The position numbers and the translations under genes were made by a program. The notes under the pieces are model-generated. The model saw only the letters and a program-made list of their open reading frames with translations, was not told where the DNA came from and made no database searches. Below are positions 53,835 to 64,000 of a stretch of DNA of 64,000 nt, in pieces. Numbering within the stretch: the first letter of the stretch is position 1; each line of letters starts with the position of its first letter. Source of the stretch: Fimicolochytrium jonesii (lineage: Eukaryota). The stretch covers positions 248,001-312,000 of the forward strand of contig NW_026515700.1 of assembly GCF_025526975.1 (NCBI RefSeq). Reading direction: 5' to 3'.

Positions 53835-55242
53835 CAGCCAACGGACATAAACCTGTGCACCCCCTCTCATTGAATTCAATGACCGTTTCACAAGCGGATG
53901 CGCGTTCCATCCAGCCTGCCTCCGGACAAGCCAACCTCCAGCCGGACAAGCCAGGATCTTACCGACATGCCCGCAATTGCGACCTCCATCTTCATGCACT
54001 GCTATGGGCAAACCACTCTCCCCTCAGAAGAGGGCTGCCATAGTGGTGCTGCACAGGTCAGGCAAGAACAAGCGACAAATAGCTGCACAGGAGGGGGTTG
54101 CACTCAGGACTGTTCAGTATACTATCAAGAAGTTTGCTGCTGAATCTGCGGACAGCCCAACGTCCTATCAGTCAAAAAAGCCACCGGGAAGACCAGCTAA
54201 GTATCAACCAGAGGACAGTGACTTGGAGGAGTTCCGCAGACTTGTTCTCTCAGATAGTCAGACACGAGAAAAGACACTAAAACAAATTCGGTTGGAATTC
54301 ATCGCTCTTACAGGTATCACGGCATGCGAAAAGACAGTGCGTCGTTACCTTCACAAACTCCTCCATTTGACCTCCCGCTTCAAAATCCACAAGCCGTTTT
54401 TGTCTGACGAGCACAAAGCAGCACGCCTTGCGTTTGCGTTGGAACATCAGCACTGGACAGTTGCGGATTGGTCACGGGTTGTGTGGACGGATGAGACGTC
54501 TTTTGATATTGGCTGGGTTCCCAAAATGCGATGTTGGCGTCTGCGAACTGAACGTTTTCACCTTGACTGTATCAGAGGCACTCGACGTAGCGGACGCAAA
54601 ACATTTATGTATTTGGGAGCATTTATTGGAAACGCTGTTGGTCCATTGACGCAGGTCCAGCCGGTTCAGCGTGAGGGCCAAGTTCGCGGTAGGGGTATCA
54701 ATTCCACTGCTTACGTTCAGCATTTAACCGCTCATCTTTTGCCAATGTGGCAAAACCTTGAGATTTTTGTTCCCGACCTCCTTTTCATGCAGGACAACGG
54801 CCCTATCCACACTTCTGCCGAAACGCGCCAATTCTTTGCCGAGCATGGCATCAACATCATGCCGTGGCCAGCGCAGAGCCCCGATCTCAACCCAATTGAA
54901 AACCTCTGGGGGATTGTCAAGCGGGAGGTATCGCAGGCTAATGCAAATGCGGTGGGACTGGATGGTGTTGTGCAGCAGGTGTGGCCAACAGTGGAAAGGC
55001 ATTTGGATAACCTAGTTGGATCGATGCCGACAAGGATGCAGGCAGTCATTGTTGCAAACGGAGGAACGACACGGTATTAATAAGGGTATTAGGCAGGAAC
55101 CGAAGTCTAGATTTCATCTAGATTAGGTTCCTTATTGATCCCCGAGACTAAGGATGATGAGTCCGCGTCTAAATCAGTTGCGGCAACGCGACCGGTCACT
55201 GACTTAGTCTCAAGGGGTGCACAGCTTTATGTCCGTTGGCTG
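53835..55242 (+). mobile_element. Complete Tc1/IS630-family DNA transposon, 1408 bp
   Basis: 29-bp TIRs at 53835-53863 and 55214-55242 (CAGCCAACGGACATAAA[C/G]CTGTGCACCCC, 1 mismatch), with TA at 53833-34 and 55243-44. Confidence 0.96.
54004..55080 (+). CDS. Tc1 DD34E transposase, intact ORF
   Basis: N-terminal HTH regions, WTDETSF, FMQDNGPIH and SPDLNPIENLW, with 34 residues between the second D and the E. Confidence 0.96.
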   Translation: MGKPLSPQKRAAIVVLHRSGKNKRQIAAQEGVALRTVQYTIKKFAAESADSPTSYQSKKPPGRPAKYQPEDSDLEEFRRLVLSDSQTREKTLKQIRLEFIALTGITACEKTVRRYLHKLLHLTSRFKIHKPFLSDEHKAARLAFALEHQHWTVADWSRVVWTDETSFDIGWVPKMRCWRLRTERFHLDCIRGTRRSGRKTFMYLGAFIGNAVGPLTQVQPVQREGQVRGRGINSTAYVQHLTAHLLPMWQNLEIFVPDLLFMQDNGPIHTSAETRQFFAEHGINIMPWPAQSPDLNPIENLWGIVKREVSQANANAVGLDGVVQQVWPTVERHLDNLVGSMPTRMQAVIVANGGTTRY

Positions 55243-55286
55243 TACATGTCTTGACCTTCCCCATCCGCTGCCTATGTCCACGCTCT

Positions 55287-56309
55287 CTATACACATCCCG
55301 AAACGCTTTGGCGCGCTGCGTCCTCCGTGCTTGTGCCGGCGGCGAGAGACTCTGCCGAAGATTCTGCGTACGATGAAAGCGGCCGAGATTCGATAATTGC
55401 CGCGTGTGGAGGAGGAAAATGCTTGTTGCGAGTGTCCGTGACCCACTCGGTGACAGGGGAGGTAGATGTAGGCTCTCTAGACCGTGATATGTGGTACTGC
55501 GGAAGGGGTAGGGCGGCGGCGTTCCCCTCGGGCGATTTGACGAGAGAATGTCTCGTCAGGAGGATGTCCATGGCGAAGACGATCCCAAAGTTGTACTTTG
55601 CGATACAGACGAAGTTTTGGATGGCGGTGTTTACTGCGGTCGCTTCCGATGGGATGAACGTGATGGCAAGGATCAACATGATTATGTTCATGTAGAAGAC
55701 GCGGAACAGACTGCCGAGGAAGACGTAGCGAAGGAATGAGCGGACGCAAGTGACGCCGGCTCCTTCGGTCGCGCCAGTCATCTCCCGCGAGTCTTTCAGC
55801 AAGACAGTGGTGAGGATGGTGTCGTTTATCACGATTGCGATAAAGTACAGAGTATGCGCCCTGTATATTCTTTGGTCCCAGATAGTCTTGTCCAGAAGAC
55901 GAGAAACGGATACGGGCAGGCGAGCAAGCAGAAATATTCCGCCGAAGGTGAAAAGAAGCCATCTATTGCGCCTGCGGTGGTCGTTTGAGTACTTCATCAT
56001 GGCAATCTTGCAGTAGGTAGTGGCGGCGGCCAGCAGCTCAGACAACCACCAAACAATCTCGATCGCAACAATCAGCGCGAGAAACCGAGCGTCGGTCATT
56101 TCATTCCGATTGAGGATGCCGTTGTGCACCGCCACAAGAAAGGTTCCTAAACACCCGCAGAGGGAGGACCACAACGCGCAACGCAGATAGTTGTTGCGCT
56201 TGACGAAAAACATGCAATAGCCGCAAATCATCGCGTTGAAGAGATATGCGGTGAACTTGATGTCTGAAAAAAGGCTGAGGAGCTCCTGTCCATCGTTGAC
56301 GGTCGGCAT
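55287..56309 (-). CDS. Intronless 7-TM membrane protein, GPCR-like orphan
   Basis: 340-aa ORF with about seven hydrophobic segments and a Ser/Pro-rich C-terminal tail. Confidence 0.65.
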   Translation of the reverse strand: MPTVNDGQELLSLFSDIKFTAYLFNAMICGYCMFFVKRNNYLRCALWSSLCGCLGTFLVAVHNGILNRNEMTDARFLALIVAIEIVWWLSELLAAATTYCKIAMMKYSNDHRRRNRWLLFTFGGIFLLARLPVSVSRLLDKTIWDQRIYRAHTLYFIAIVINDTILTTVLLKDSREMTGATEGAGVTCVRSFLRYVFLGSLFRVFYMNIIMLILAITFIPSEATAVNTAIQNFVCIAKYNFGIVFAMDILLTRHSLVKSPEGNAAALPLPQYHISRSREPTSTSPVTEWVTDTRNKHFPPPHAAIIESRPLSSYAESSAESLAAGTSTEDAARQSVSGCV

Positions 56310-58935
56310 GGTGGAGACGGAAAGGCAGGTGATGTGGGTGGGAGGTTTTTCGTCGCTAACAGCGAAACGAGACCAAAAAGCAGAAGACTGGGTGAGCGAT
56401 GCATGTCTCCCTGTTTATAGAATTGTTTTTACTTGGGCAGCCTCAGGTTGGTGAGCGCCAATATATTCTTTACAGGTCGGACCGTGATCCCGCTTCTTTT
56501 TAATAGTTTCTAGAACCCGCTAATCCCTTCCGCTTACGCGATACCGACCCGCTTGCCACCTCACAATGAAGTTAACGCCAGTGTCTTCGACAGAAGGATT
56601 GTAAATGGTCTCGGTCAACCAGTCGGGCGCGTTTTTGTCTCGATTTTGGGAGGCAACCACGACCTCCGATCGGGAATCATACTTACTGATGGACAATTAT
56701 CCCTGGAAAGTTAATGTTGAGAAGGCGCTCACAACGTCTCTTTGGCGTACCGCATCCGGCTGACGAGGAGCTCCGGTGAGAAGCTTTACGTCCGGTCCTC
56801 CGGCTTTGCTCTGACTTGACGACTGAGGCAGGAACGCCGACGATATTCCAAGCTGTCTCTCAAGGCGCCTGGAAAACTCATATAGTGCAGCGATCGTGGG
56901 AAAGGCTCTGATGCAGTTGCTGAAGCTGGTATGTCCGTGGCGATGAGGGAACTTTTCAACTCGCAAAACTATGTAAGGCAAACGAAGCGTCGTCCGTCGA
57001 CCCTTCGGTGCTTGACGTGTCGCTTCCTCTTGACTTCGAAGCGACGTGGATGGACCCAACAAAGGCATTCCCAACGATCCGTGAGCATGGCTTCTCGTTG
57101 AAGTCGGTGTCCCTCACGAAGACACAGAGACGTATCTGGTACCTGTGACCCTTTGCGGAACGTCTTCAATGGAGACTAGCGTTGATTGACCGGCCGCATG
57201 CCCTGTCCGTTCTCTTTATACGCCATTCGTGTATTGATATAATAGTAAACGTGTAGGAGAGTGTAACAGACATGTCCCTCCGATCTCTCTTCAATCCCCA
57301 CCCTAAGCACACCACCGCCACAATTCCGCCAATAGCCGCAATCTCTCCTTCTCCGGCCTTCCCTCCTCGCTTGCTCTTTCGGCGCACACCCAAAAGTCGC
57401 AAACAACCCACCGCGTACTAATCATACTGCCTGCGGCTCCTTATCGACCACAGTCCAATCTTGGTCCCAGTCTTCGTCGATATAGAGAACTCTGGCATGG
57501 GCGCGTCGGGGGAGTCTTCCGGTCGGAGTTAAGTGGGAGCGCGTTTGTCACTTCACTGAGGATAGACTTACTGCAACACAAGCTACACAGGCACTCACTG
57601 GAGTCATACTCCATAGCAACAGTTGGTACGGCCTCTGGTTGTCTATCGGCCTCTAGAACATCTTTGAAACGCTGTTTGGTGTTACTCTTACATCAGCACA
57701 TATGTTGGCCGTCCCCGTCGTCAGCGATACTACCTCCCGAACGTCGCAGAGGGCAGAAGTCGACGCAGAGGCTGCGAATCGTTAAGAAAGCGAAGTCTAT
57801 AACTCCGCGGCTACCGCCAGCGAAAGTGAGGCGGTCGTCGGTACGATCCTCATCACTGAAGACGCCGCCGGCACCGCCGGGGACAGCTACCAGAACTCGT
57901 CGGCGCGCCTCCGTCGGAAAACTCACGCCACATGTCTAGGTCGCCTTGACTTAAGCATGAAATCCGATTCATCGTGAGTGCAACGTCATCATATGCAAAA
58001 TACTATTACCGACCGATGGAATCGGCGCTGGACCGCCAACGAAGGATGTCTTGATGGAGAACGAGCTTGCCACCGGTTGAAGCAGGCGGTGGCGGACCCT
58101 TGTTCGGTTAGACCATCATCGAGAAGCGCTTTGCGCTTTGCTGCGAAAATAACATCTAGGGCCTTACGACGACTCGTCCTGTCCATCGGTTGCCAGACCC
58201 TCCCTCATCGTAGCCGCCACCATGGCTTAAACCCTTTTAACCCTTCATCCTTAACCAAAAAAAATCCACGTGCCCGCCCACTGGCCGTCCCCGTCTCAAA
58301 AATGCTTTCAGATCGCTTAATAACGTCTCAACCGACGTCGGCTTCAATATCTCCCCGTTCCGTATGGTCAACCGTTCATCAGCGCCCAGAGGTGGGTGTT
58401 GAGCTTCTGGGGCGGGAGAGCTTCGAGATCAAGGGATCCTGTACGGCCTCACTGGCGGAGTTTCGCGCGCGAGCGACGGCAACGTCGTCAGAGTCTCGTG
58501 CTGCCATGTTGCTGTGCGGAGGTTGCCGACTGGGAGGTTTGGGAGGACGGCCTCTGGAGGGTAATAATTTAGAATTGGGAGCTACGTCAAGTTAGATCGA
58601 CAGGAGCTCGGTTTTTTCTTTGTGAGGATATTGGGCAAGAAGGCTCTCAGTGGCTCCTCGTTTCCGCAAGAGAAGCAAACGAACTGCAATCTGAACGCAG
58701 AGAAAGCAAAAAGTGTCAATTACTGTCAATCTCGCGAAGAAAATCCGACCTTTCCGTTCTTCGGCTACGGACAGCAGCTGCTCCAGGTTGATAGACAAAA
58801 GGGAGGGTATATGTACGGTACGCCGTGACCTCATGTATTCAAAGGTACATGACAAGATGCAAGCGTATTGCCGAGGTGAAGAAGTGAGGGAGAAGTTAAT
58901 CAACCTACATATCCCACCTCTACCTATACGGCATT

Positions 58936-60319
58936 TTAATAAAGCCCCTCAACCAGCTTCCTAACTCCCTCCACCATCTCCCTCTCCTCCCCACTAATCC
59001 CCTCCTTCTTACTCAACCCCCCCGTAGCCCTCTCCACAATAACATCCAACTGATCTCTCCCAACGTTCTTCTTTGTCAACGTCGTCTTGAACCCCAACTG
59101 CCGAACCAACTCCAATATCTTGTCCCCGACCTTCTCCGCATCCTTCACGTCGTCATCGCTGCGAGTGTTGGTGCCGATAAACGGGAGGATTTCTGCGATT
59201 TTAGCGGCGGTGGCGGGTGAGGAGCGCGCTTTCAATTTGACGACGTGGCCGAGGGTCAGGCAGCTCGTGATGCCGTGCGGGATACCGTACGGGGATCCGA
59301 GCGCATACCCCAGCGTATGGGAGAGTCCGAGGCCGCCTTTGATATTGGAGCCAAGGAAGCCGAGGGAGGCGTAGGCGGCGAGGAAGAGGCGGGTGATGGT
59401 ATCTGGGTTCTGCGGGTCCTGTTTGTACTTGGGGAGAAAGGTGAAGAGTTCTTTGATGGCGGAGAGGGCCAGGAGTTGGCATGGCATCCAGGTTGCTGTG
59501 GGGTGGTATTGCAGTTCGATGGCGTGGTCGAGGGCGCGGATGCCTGTGGAGATGAAGAGGTCCGGTGGGGTGTGCGCGCCGAAACGGGGGTCGTAGAAGA
59601 CGTGGGTGGGTAAGGTTCCCGGCTGGGAAATGGCTTGTTTGGTCCCGTCGGGTTGGGTGAATCCGGCGCCGAAGGTGCATTCGGCGGCGGAGAGGGTGGT
59701 GGGGATCGCGATGTGGCGGAGGTAGTGGCCGGTCTTTTCGTAGACGCGGAAAGAGATGGCTTTGGCGGAGTCGATGGGTGAGCCGCCGCCAATGGAGATG
59801 ATGGTATCGATTGGGTGGTCTCCTTGAGCCTGAATGCGAGAACGAAAGGGTATGATGAGTGTTGAGTATGAGTGTGTGAAATTGGGCGATGCATCAAAAC
59901 GACATCCTCCTCGCTGCGCTCGCGACAAGGATGTTGGGCATCGATGCTCAAGAACACGGGCTCGCTATCGCTCGCAGGTATTCGCTGCCGCTCCCTTGCG
60001 CCAAACAACGCTCACTCCTTTCGTTGCTAACCCTCACCTTCAAAACAACCTCTACCGCCTCATCCAGCTCCTTGACAGGCGCATGTTGTTTGATTTTACT
60101 GAAAGTCACGGCATGCCTCTCCTTCCCCAACAACTCCTCCACCTCTTTGACTAAAGGCGTTTTTGTCGCCAGCGAGTTCCCCGTCACAATAAAAGCTCTA
60201 GAATCTTCCTTGGGCAGGGCGGCAAGAAGGTTATCTTTCACGCTGTTTGGGCCGTAGGAGAGTTGTTGGAGGGTTGTTGGCTTGTAGGTGCCCTGCAGGG
60301 GTGAGCGAGAGGATTCCAT
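58936..60319 (-). CDS. Iron-containing alcohol dehydrogenase / maleylacetate reductase-like (2 exons)
   Basis: GGGSPIDSAK, IPTTLSAAE, GIRALDHAIE, GLSHTLGY, IPHGITSC. Intron at about 59829-60037. Confidence 0.9.
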
Positions 60320-62743
60320 CTTGTGCCTTGTTCTTGTTGTTGTGTTGTTATGTTGTTGTGAGGTGTGAGATATGAATGCGATTATTTGAGCGACAGGGCA
60401 GTGAGTACCGGGTCTATGTACTGTACTGTAGGTGCGGGTGCTATGTGAGGGCCATGCCACACTGCGTTCATAATGGCGGGGCGGGATGGGGCTCTCCGCC
60501 GGTCCCGCAGAACACCGGGAGACTCGCCCGTCTGGGGAAGTGTGACATCACGCGCGCGAAAGTCGTCGCGCAAGACGTCGCTGCGAACGTGGACTCCGAC
60601 GACGCAGACGCCACGAGCACACAGGAGAAAAGGCAGAGAAGCATGGGTGGGCTCATTATGCGAGGAAATATGATGGACCGCCGCCGTAGTACATACATAG
60701 GACACAGTTGCGCAATCTATGTATATAGCTAGCTTTCGCAAGTCTTGGTCAGGTCCGCTATCGCCAAATATTGCGGAAGGGCCAGATCATATCTACATGG
60801 CTAGCTCCTCCACTCCCTCCTTTCGCAGTTAGGCGGTGAGAGTAAAGCTCGCGGCATGCGTCTGCTCCTCGAGCTACTGTTAGTGCTGGGAGATCCTCGT
60901 TGGCGAATATAGGATGGTCCAATGTGACATCACCCGGAACACCAATGCCATTAGCCAGCAACGTCCCCTTCTTGGACTTCTTTATCGTTTTCAAGATTTT
61001 TGCGCCATGTCCGGCGTTCGACTCCTGAAAGAAATCAGACATCTGATCTTGAGGATCTGAGGTTTTGATAAAGGCGGCGTTTTGCGTGCTGAACGCGAGC
61101 ACGCCGGGTTCAGACGATGTTCTGAACAGCGCCGAGCCAGACCAGAGACGCTATTCCCCGTCCCATCGGAGGGATCTGTCATGTGGATAGACAGGTCTGG
61201 GATCGCCAACTTCCAGAGCATATGGACTTGCGCCTGACGGGTGTCACGTACTGTACTGCTGGTGCTGGTGGACAGGAAAGAGGGATCGCTTCGTTGTACT
61301 GTACCTCTGTCAAGGTCGCGAAGTGGGGGAGAATGGACATCAGTCGGCAATCCACCGGCGCTGCCTGTCCAAAGAGCGCAATTGCGACAGCTTCTCCGTC
61401 ACGGCGGTTGTACCACGCTGTAGGAATTTGGCAATATGAGAATCGCCATCTGGCAAAGAGATTCCAGTGATCTGAATCGCTACGACGTGCGTTATCTTCA
61501 GCACCCGATGTCCATCTCCCTAGTAATAGATACATCATCGACGGGGAACCCGCTAGCATCTTCCTCATCATATGGCGGCAAAGCAGTCCAAGCTGCGGCG
61601 CCGTCCTCCACGGAATCCGCTCTCCACCCTTCCGGAGTGGTGAAGACGAAAGTGTGGGGTACGCCGTCCCGAATCCAAAATGACCAGGAAAATATGTCTA
61701 GGAGCTGGTGGACGGTGGAGGTCAGCATGAGCTGCGCACGTCATACGCACGCTTGTTGGCAATGGCGTGCGGAGTCTCAAGCCACTGCGCGGCGCGGCGG
61801 TCCTTAAAGCAAGAGAAGGCATCTAGACGTTCGACACGACGTCAGGGCGTGTTGAATGATGGAGATACCGGGACGCCAGGAGTTATGGATGCCCGATTGA
61901 CCAAGTGGCAATACCACGGCATGGCCGCCTTCATCAGATCTTCCCCTCGATCCCTTAAGTAGCTTCAGTAGTGTCCATCGCTTCATCAGATCTTTCCCTT
62001 AATCACCTCGGTCATTATCCTTGGTCAATCGCCATCGCTCAGCATCAGTACCTTCCTTCGATCCGTCCCGATCGCGCAAGGGTCGGTCGATGTAGTCATC
62101 ACAGGGGATGACGAGCATCTGCGATCTATCACAGGGTAGAATGTGCTGCTTGTGCTACACTCAAGGGCTACTTGCTTCCCGTCGTCCATTTGCAGCAAAT
62201 GATCTTGTTCGGATCAATTGTCGAAAGAGTCGTGCAGACGGGGCCGGTGGCGCGCGCTTTCGCCGAAGGCCTCCGATGTGCCTCCGAAGGCCTCTCTCAT
62301 GGGGAAGGGCTCCTTCGAGTGGAAAATGGGTTCGGCTTGCGTGCCTCACGCACTCACGCCCGGCCGTACACTCCTCCTTCCTTCACGCCACCTTGTTCTG
62401 CTTCGGTTGTAGCGGACTTTGGAAGGTAGATGGTAAAGCTGAGGCATTGAACGCACCCCAAAGCCTGTCGGAATCCCGTGCGATTCCTGGTTAAAAAAAC
62501 CGCCACAGATGCGTCCGTGACCGGGAAGACCGATGTTGCAACAACCTCAAACCAGTGTCCGGGTTCCATGGCAGCCCGGAAGACAAAAGCAATTGTCTGC
62601 TTGCTTTGATTCAGTAATCCGATTCTGACCACGGTGCAGATGACGGTGGGTGGAATATGGCAGCGAGAAGGCTTGCTCACACCCGTGGTGGCTATGCTCG
62701 GAATAATGTCTGGGGCGTCGTAACCAGATTTGTGGCCAGTATA

Positions 62744-62816
62744 TACTGTTTGGCGTAGTGGCGAATCTTCCTGGTCTGCAGACGTGCAGGTCACCGGTTC
62801 GATTCCCACGTCCTTC
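62744..62816 (+). pseudogene. Degenerate tRNA-like sequence (possibly Cys-GCA derived)
   Basis: A box TGGCGTAGTGG 62751-62761, CT-GCA-GA loop 62776-62782 and B box GGTTCGATTCC 62796-62806 at tRNA spacing, but the stems do not pair. Confidence 0.35.
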
Positions 62817-63011
62817 AGCTCAGAGTATGACCGCGACAGTTGTATGTTACCTGAATGCACTTTCTTTTTGCTTCTGTAACACTCCCTTTGTAAACACTCG
62901 CGCTTAACCGAGCCTCTCCGCTCTTCATTCAACGTGCGGTGTGGGGAAGCGGGTCGATGCTAGTGAGAAGTGTGGTTTCGCTCCGAAAAAAGACCAAGAG
63001 GAAAAAAGAGA

Positions 63012-63083
63012 AGGTCTCGCCGAGAATCGAACTCGGGTCGTGAGATTCAGAGTCTCAAGTGCTAACCGCTACACCACGAAACC
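63012..63083 (-). tRNA. tRNA-Gln(CTG), no intron
   Basis: GGTTTCG/CGAGACC acceptor stem, TGAGA-CTCTGAA-TCTCA anticodon arm, GTTCGATTC T loop, and a T6 Pol III terminator just downstream. Confidence 0.95.
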
Positions 63084-63342
63084 GCAGATGTTTTGCGATG
63101 ATGTTTAAACTACAGATTCGTAAATACGCGGGAGTCGCAATTCATTTCCCGAAGTTGATGATACGCGGTGTCAAAACTGGTCGGAGAGCTTTGGGCCTCT
63201 CGCCCAACAACCATTTTATTTTCACCTTATATTGGCCATAACTTTATAGATGGGAATTACAGAACAAGCAGATTTTATGCCCAAAAATCGTACATACTGC
63301 CACATTGTTCTTCACCGGCGCTCCCATCACCACTGCAAAAAC

Positions 63343-64000
63343 TTACAGCACATGCAAAACATTATCCGGCACATGAAAACTCTCCAAAATCTCTGCAACC
63401 GCTGTGTTGAACCCCGGTGGTCCACACACCACAATGCACAAACTATCCCACGGGTATTCATTCACCCAGTTGCACCTGCCCAGATTCCCCCCTTCCAGAT
63501 CCGCTGTTCCGTCGACGGACGGCAGCTTCCTGTCGAGCAATGTCTTCAAATCTTCCGGTAATATCTCTTTGATATGCTGCCGGGTGACGCGGCCTTTTGA
63601 TCCAGTCCATGAAGCAGATGGACTGGAGAGGATGTGAGATACGCGTAAGGACCCTTGCTCGGCGCGTTCCATGCATGCGAGCTCGGTGATTAGGAACATC
63701 TCTTCCTCGGAGCGGTTCGACCATAGGAGCCGGAGATGCGATCTGAGGAGACCTTTGCGGGCGCTTGTTGGTGTGGATGCTCGTACTCGCTGCTCGGGTT
63801 GACTGTTGCGTTGGCCAAATTGGCGATAGAAATCTAGGATTTGGAGCATGGGTGTGATTCCTGCTCAGATCATGATTGATTAGTTCGACGTTCAATGATG
63901 TTCAATTGCGAGTGGAGCAAAACACATACCTGTCCCAGCTGCAATCATAACGACGTTAGGGTAACAGCCGTCCTCAGAATCCGGATGGATCAGAGGCGTA
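63343..64000 (-). CDS. NAD(P)H:flavin oxidoreductase, cytochrome b5 reductase/FNR-like (3' part only)
   Basis: VVMIAAGTG-ITPMLQI, LLWSNR..E, CGPPGF. The gene runs off the window end. Confidence 0.82.

Noticed and set aside
53835..55242. Tc1 transposase as the mobiliser of the Fanzor/TET element
   Set aside because: The termini are unrelated (CAGCCAAC with TA versus GGCCCATC followed by ATA).
56400..58900. Scattered short ORFs
   Set aside because: No domain signal, so treated as intergenic or unresolved.
60758..61822. Chain of short minus-strand ORFs
   Set aside because: Possibly a spliced or decayed gene, but no family or exon structure could be supported.

Overview
Intron-rich, GC-rich eukaryotic DNA, most likely from an early-diverging (chytrid-like) fungus. 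This is inferred from the short GT-AG introns, a ZSWIM2-type ligase, a class III cyclase and a bacterial-type solute-binding protein. Most of 5.4-64 kb is ordinary gene-dense sequence: MLH3, ZSWIM2-like E3, PTPS, TBC Rab-GAP, SERCA, Trm9, Rab-GGTase alpha, D- and L-2-hydroxyglutarate dehydrogenases, eL33, Chk1, a guanylyl-cyclase-like gene, an Fe-ADH, tRNA-Gln and a partial cytochrome b5 reductase-like gene. It also holds an intact Tc1/DD34E transposon (53835-55242) and a small island of intronless orphan ORFs (29.1-31.6 kb). The standout is 1-5261, a putative mobile element with 8-bp inverted ends and helically phased subterminal repeats. It carries two divergent genes: a 7-exon Fanzor1 (eukaryotic TnpB-like RNA-guided nuclease) with all three RuvC acidic residues and an omegaRNA-like structured 3' end, and a TET/JBP-family 2OG-Fe(II) dioxygenase. 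I know of no described Fanzor + TET/JBP pairing. It suggests an RNA-guided element carrying its own DNA-modification enzyme. This copy looks damaged (three in-frame TGA codons in Fanzor, two homopolymer frameshifts in TET), and no transposase is visible inside it. Exon boundaries and family calls were made by eye and need computational confirmation.
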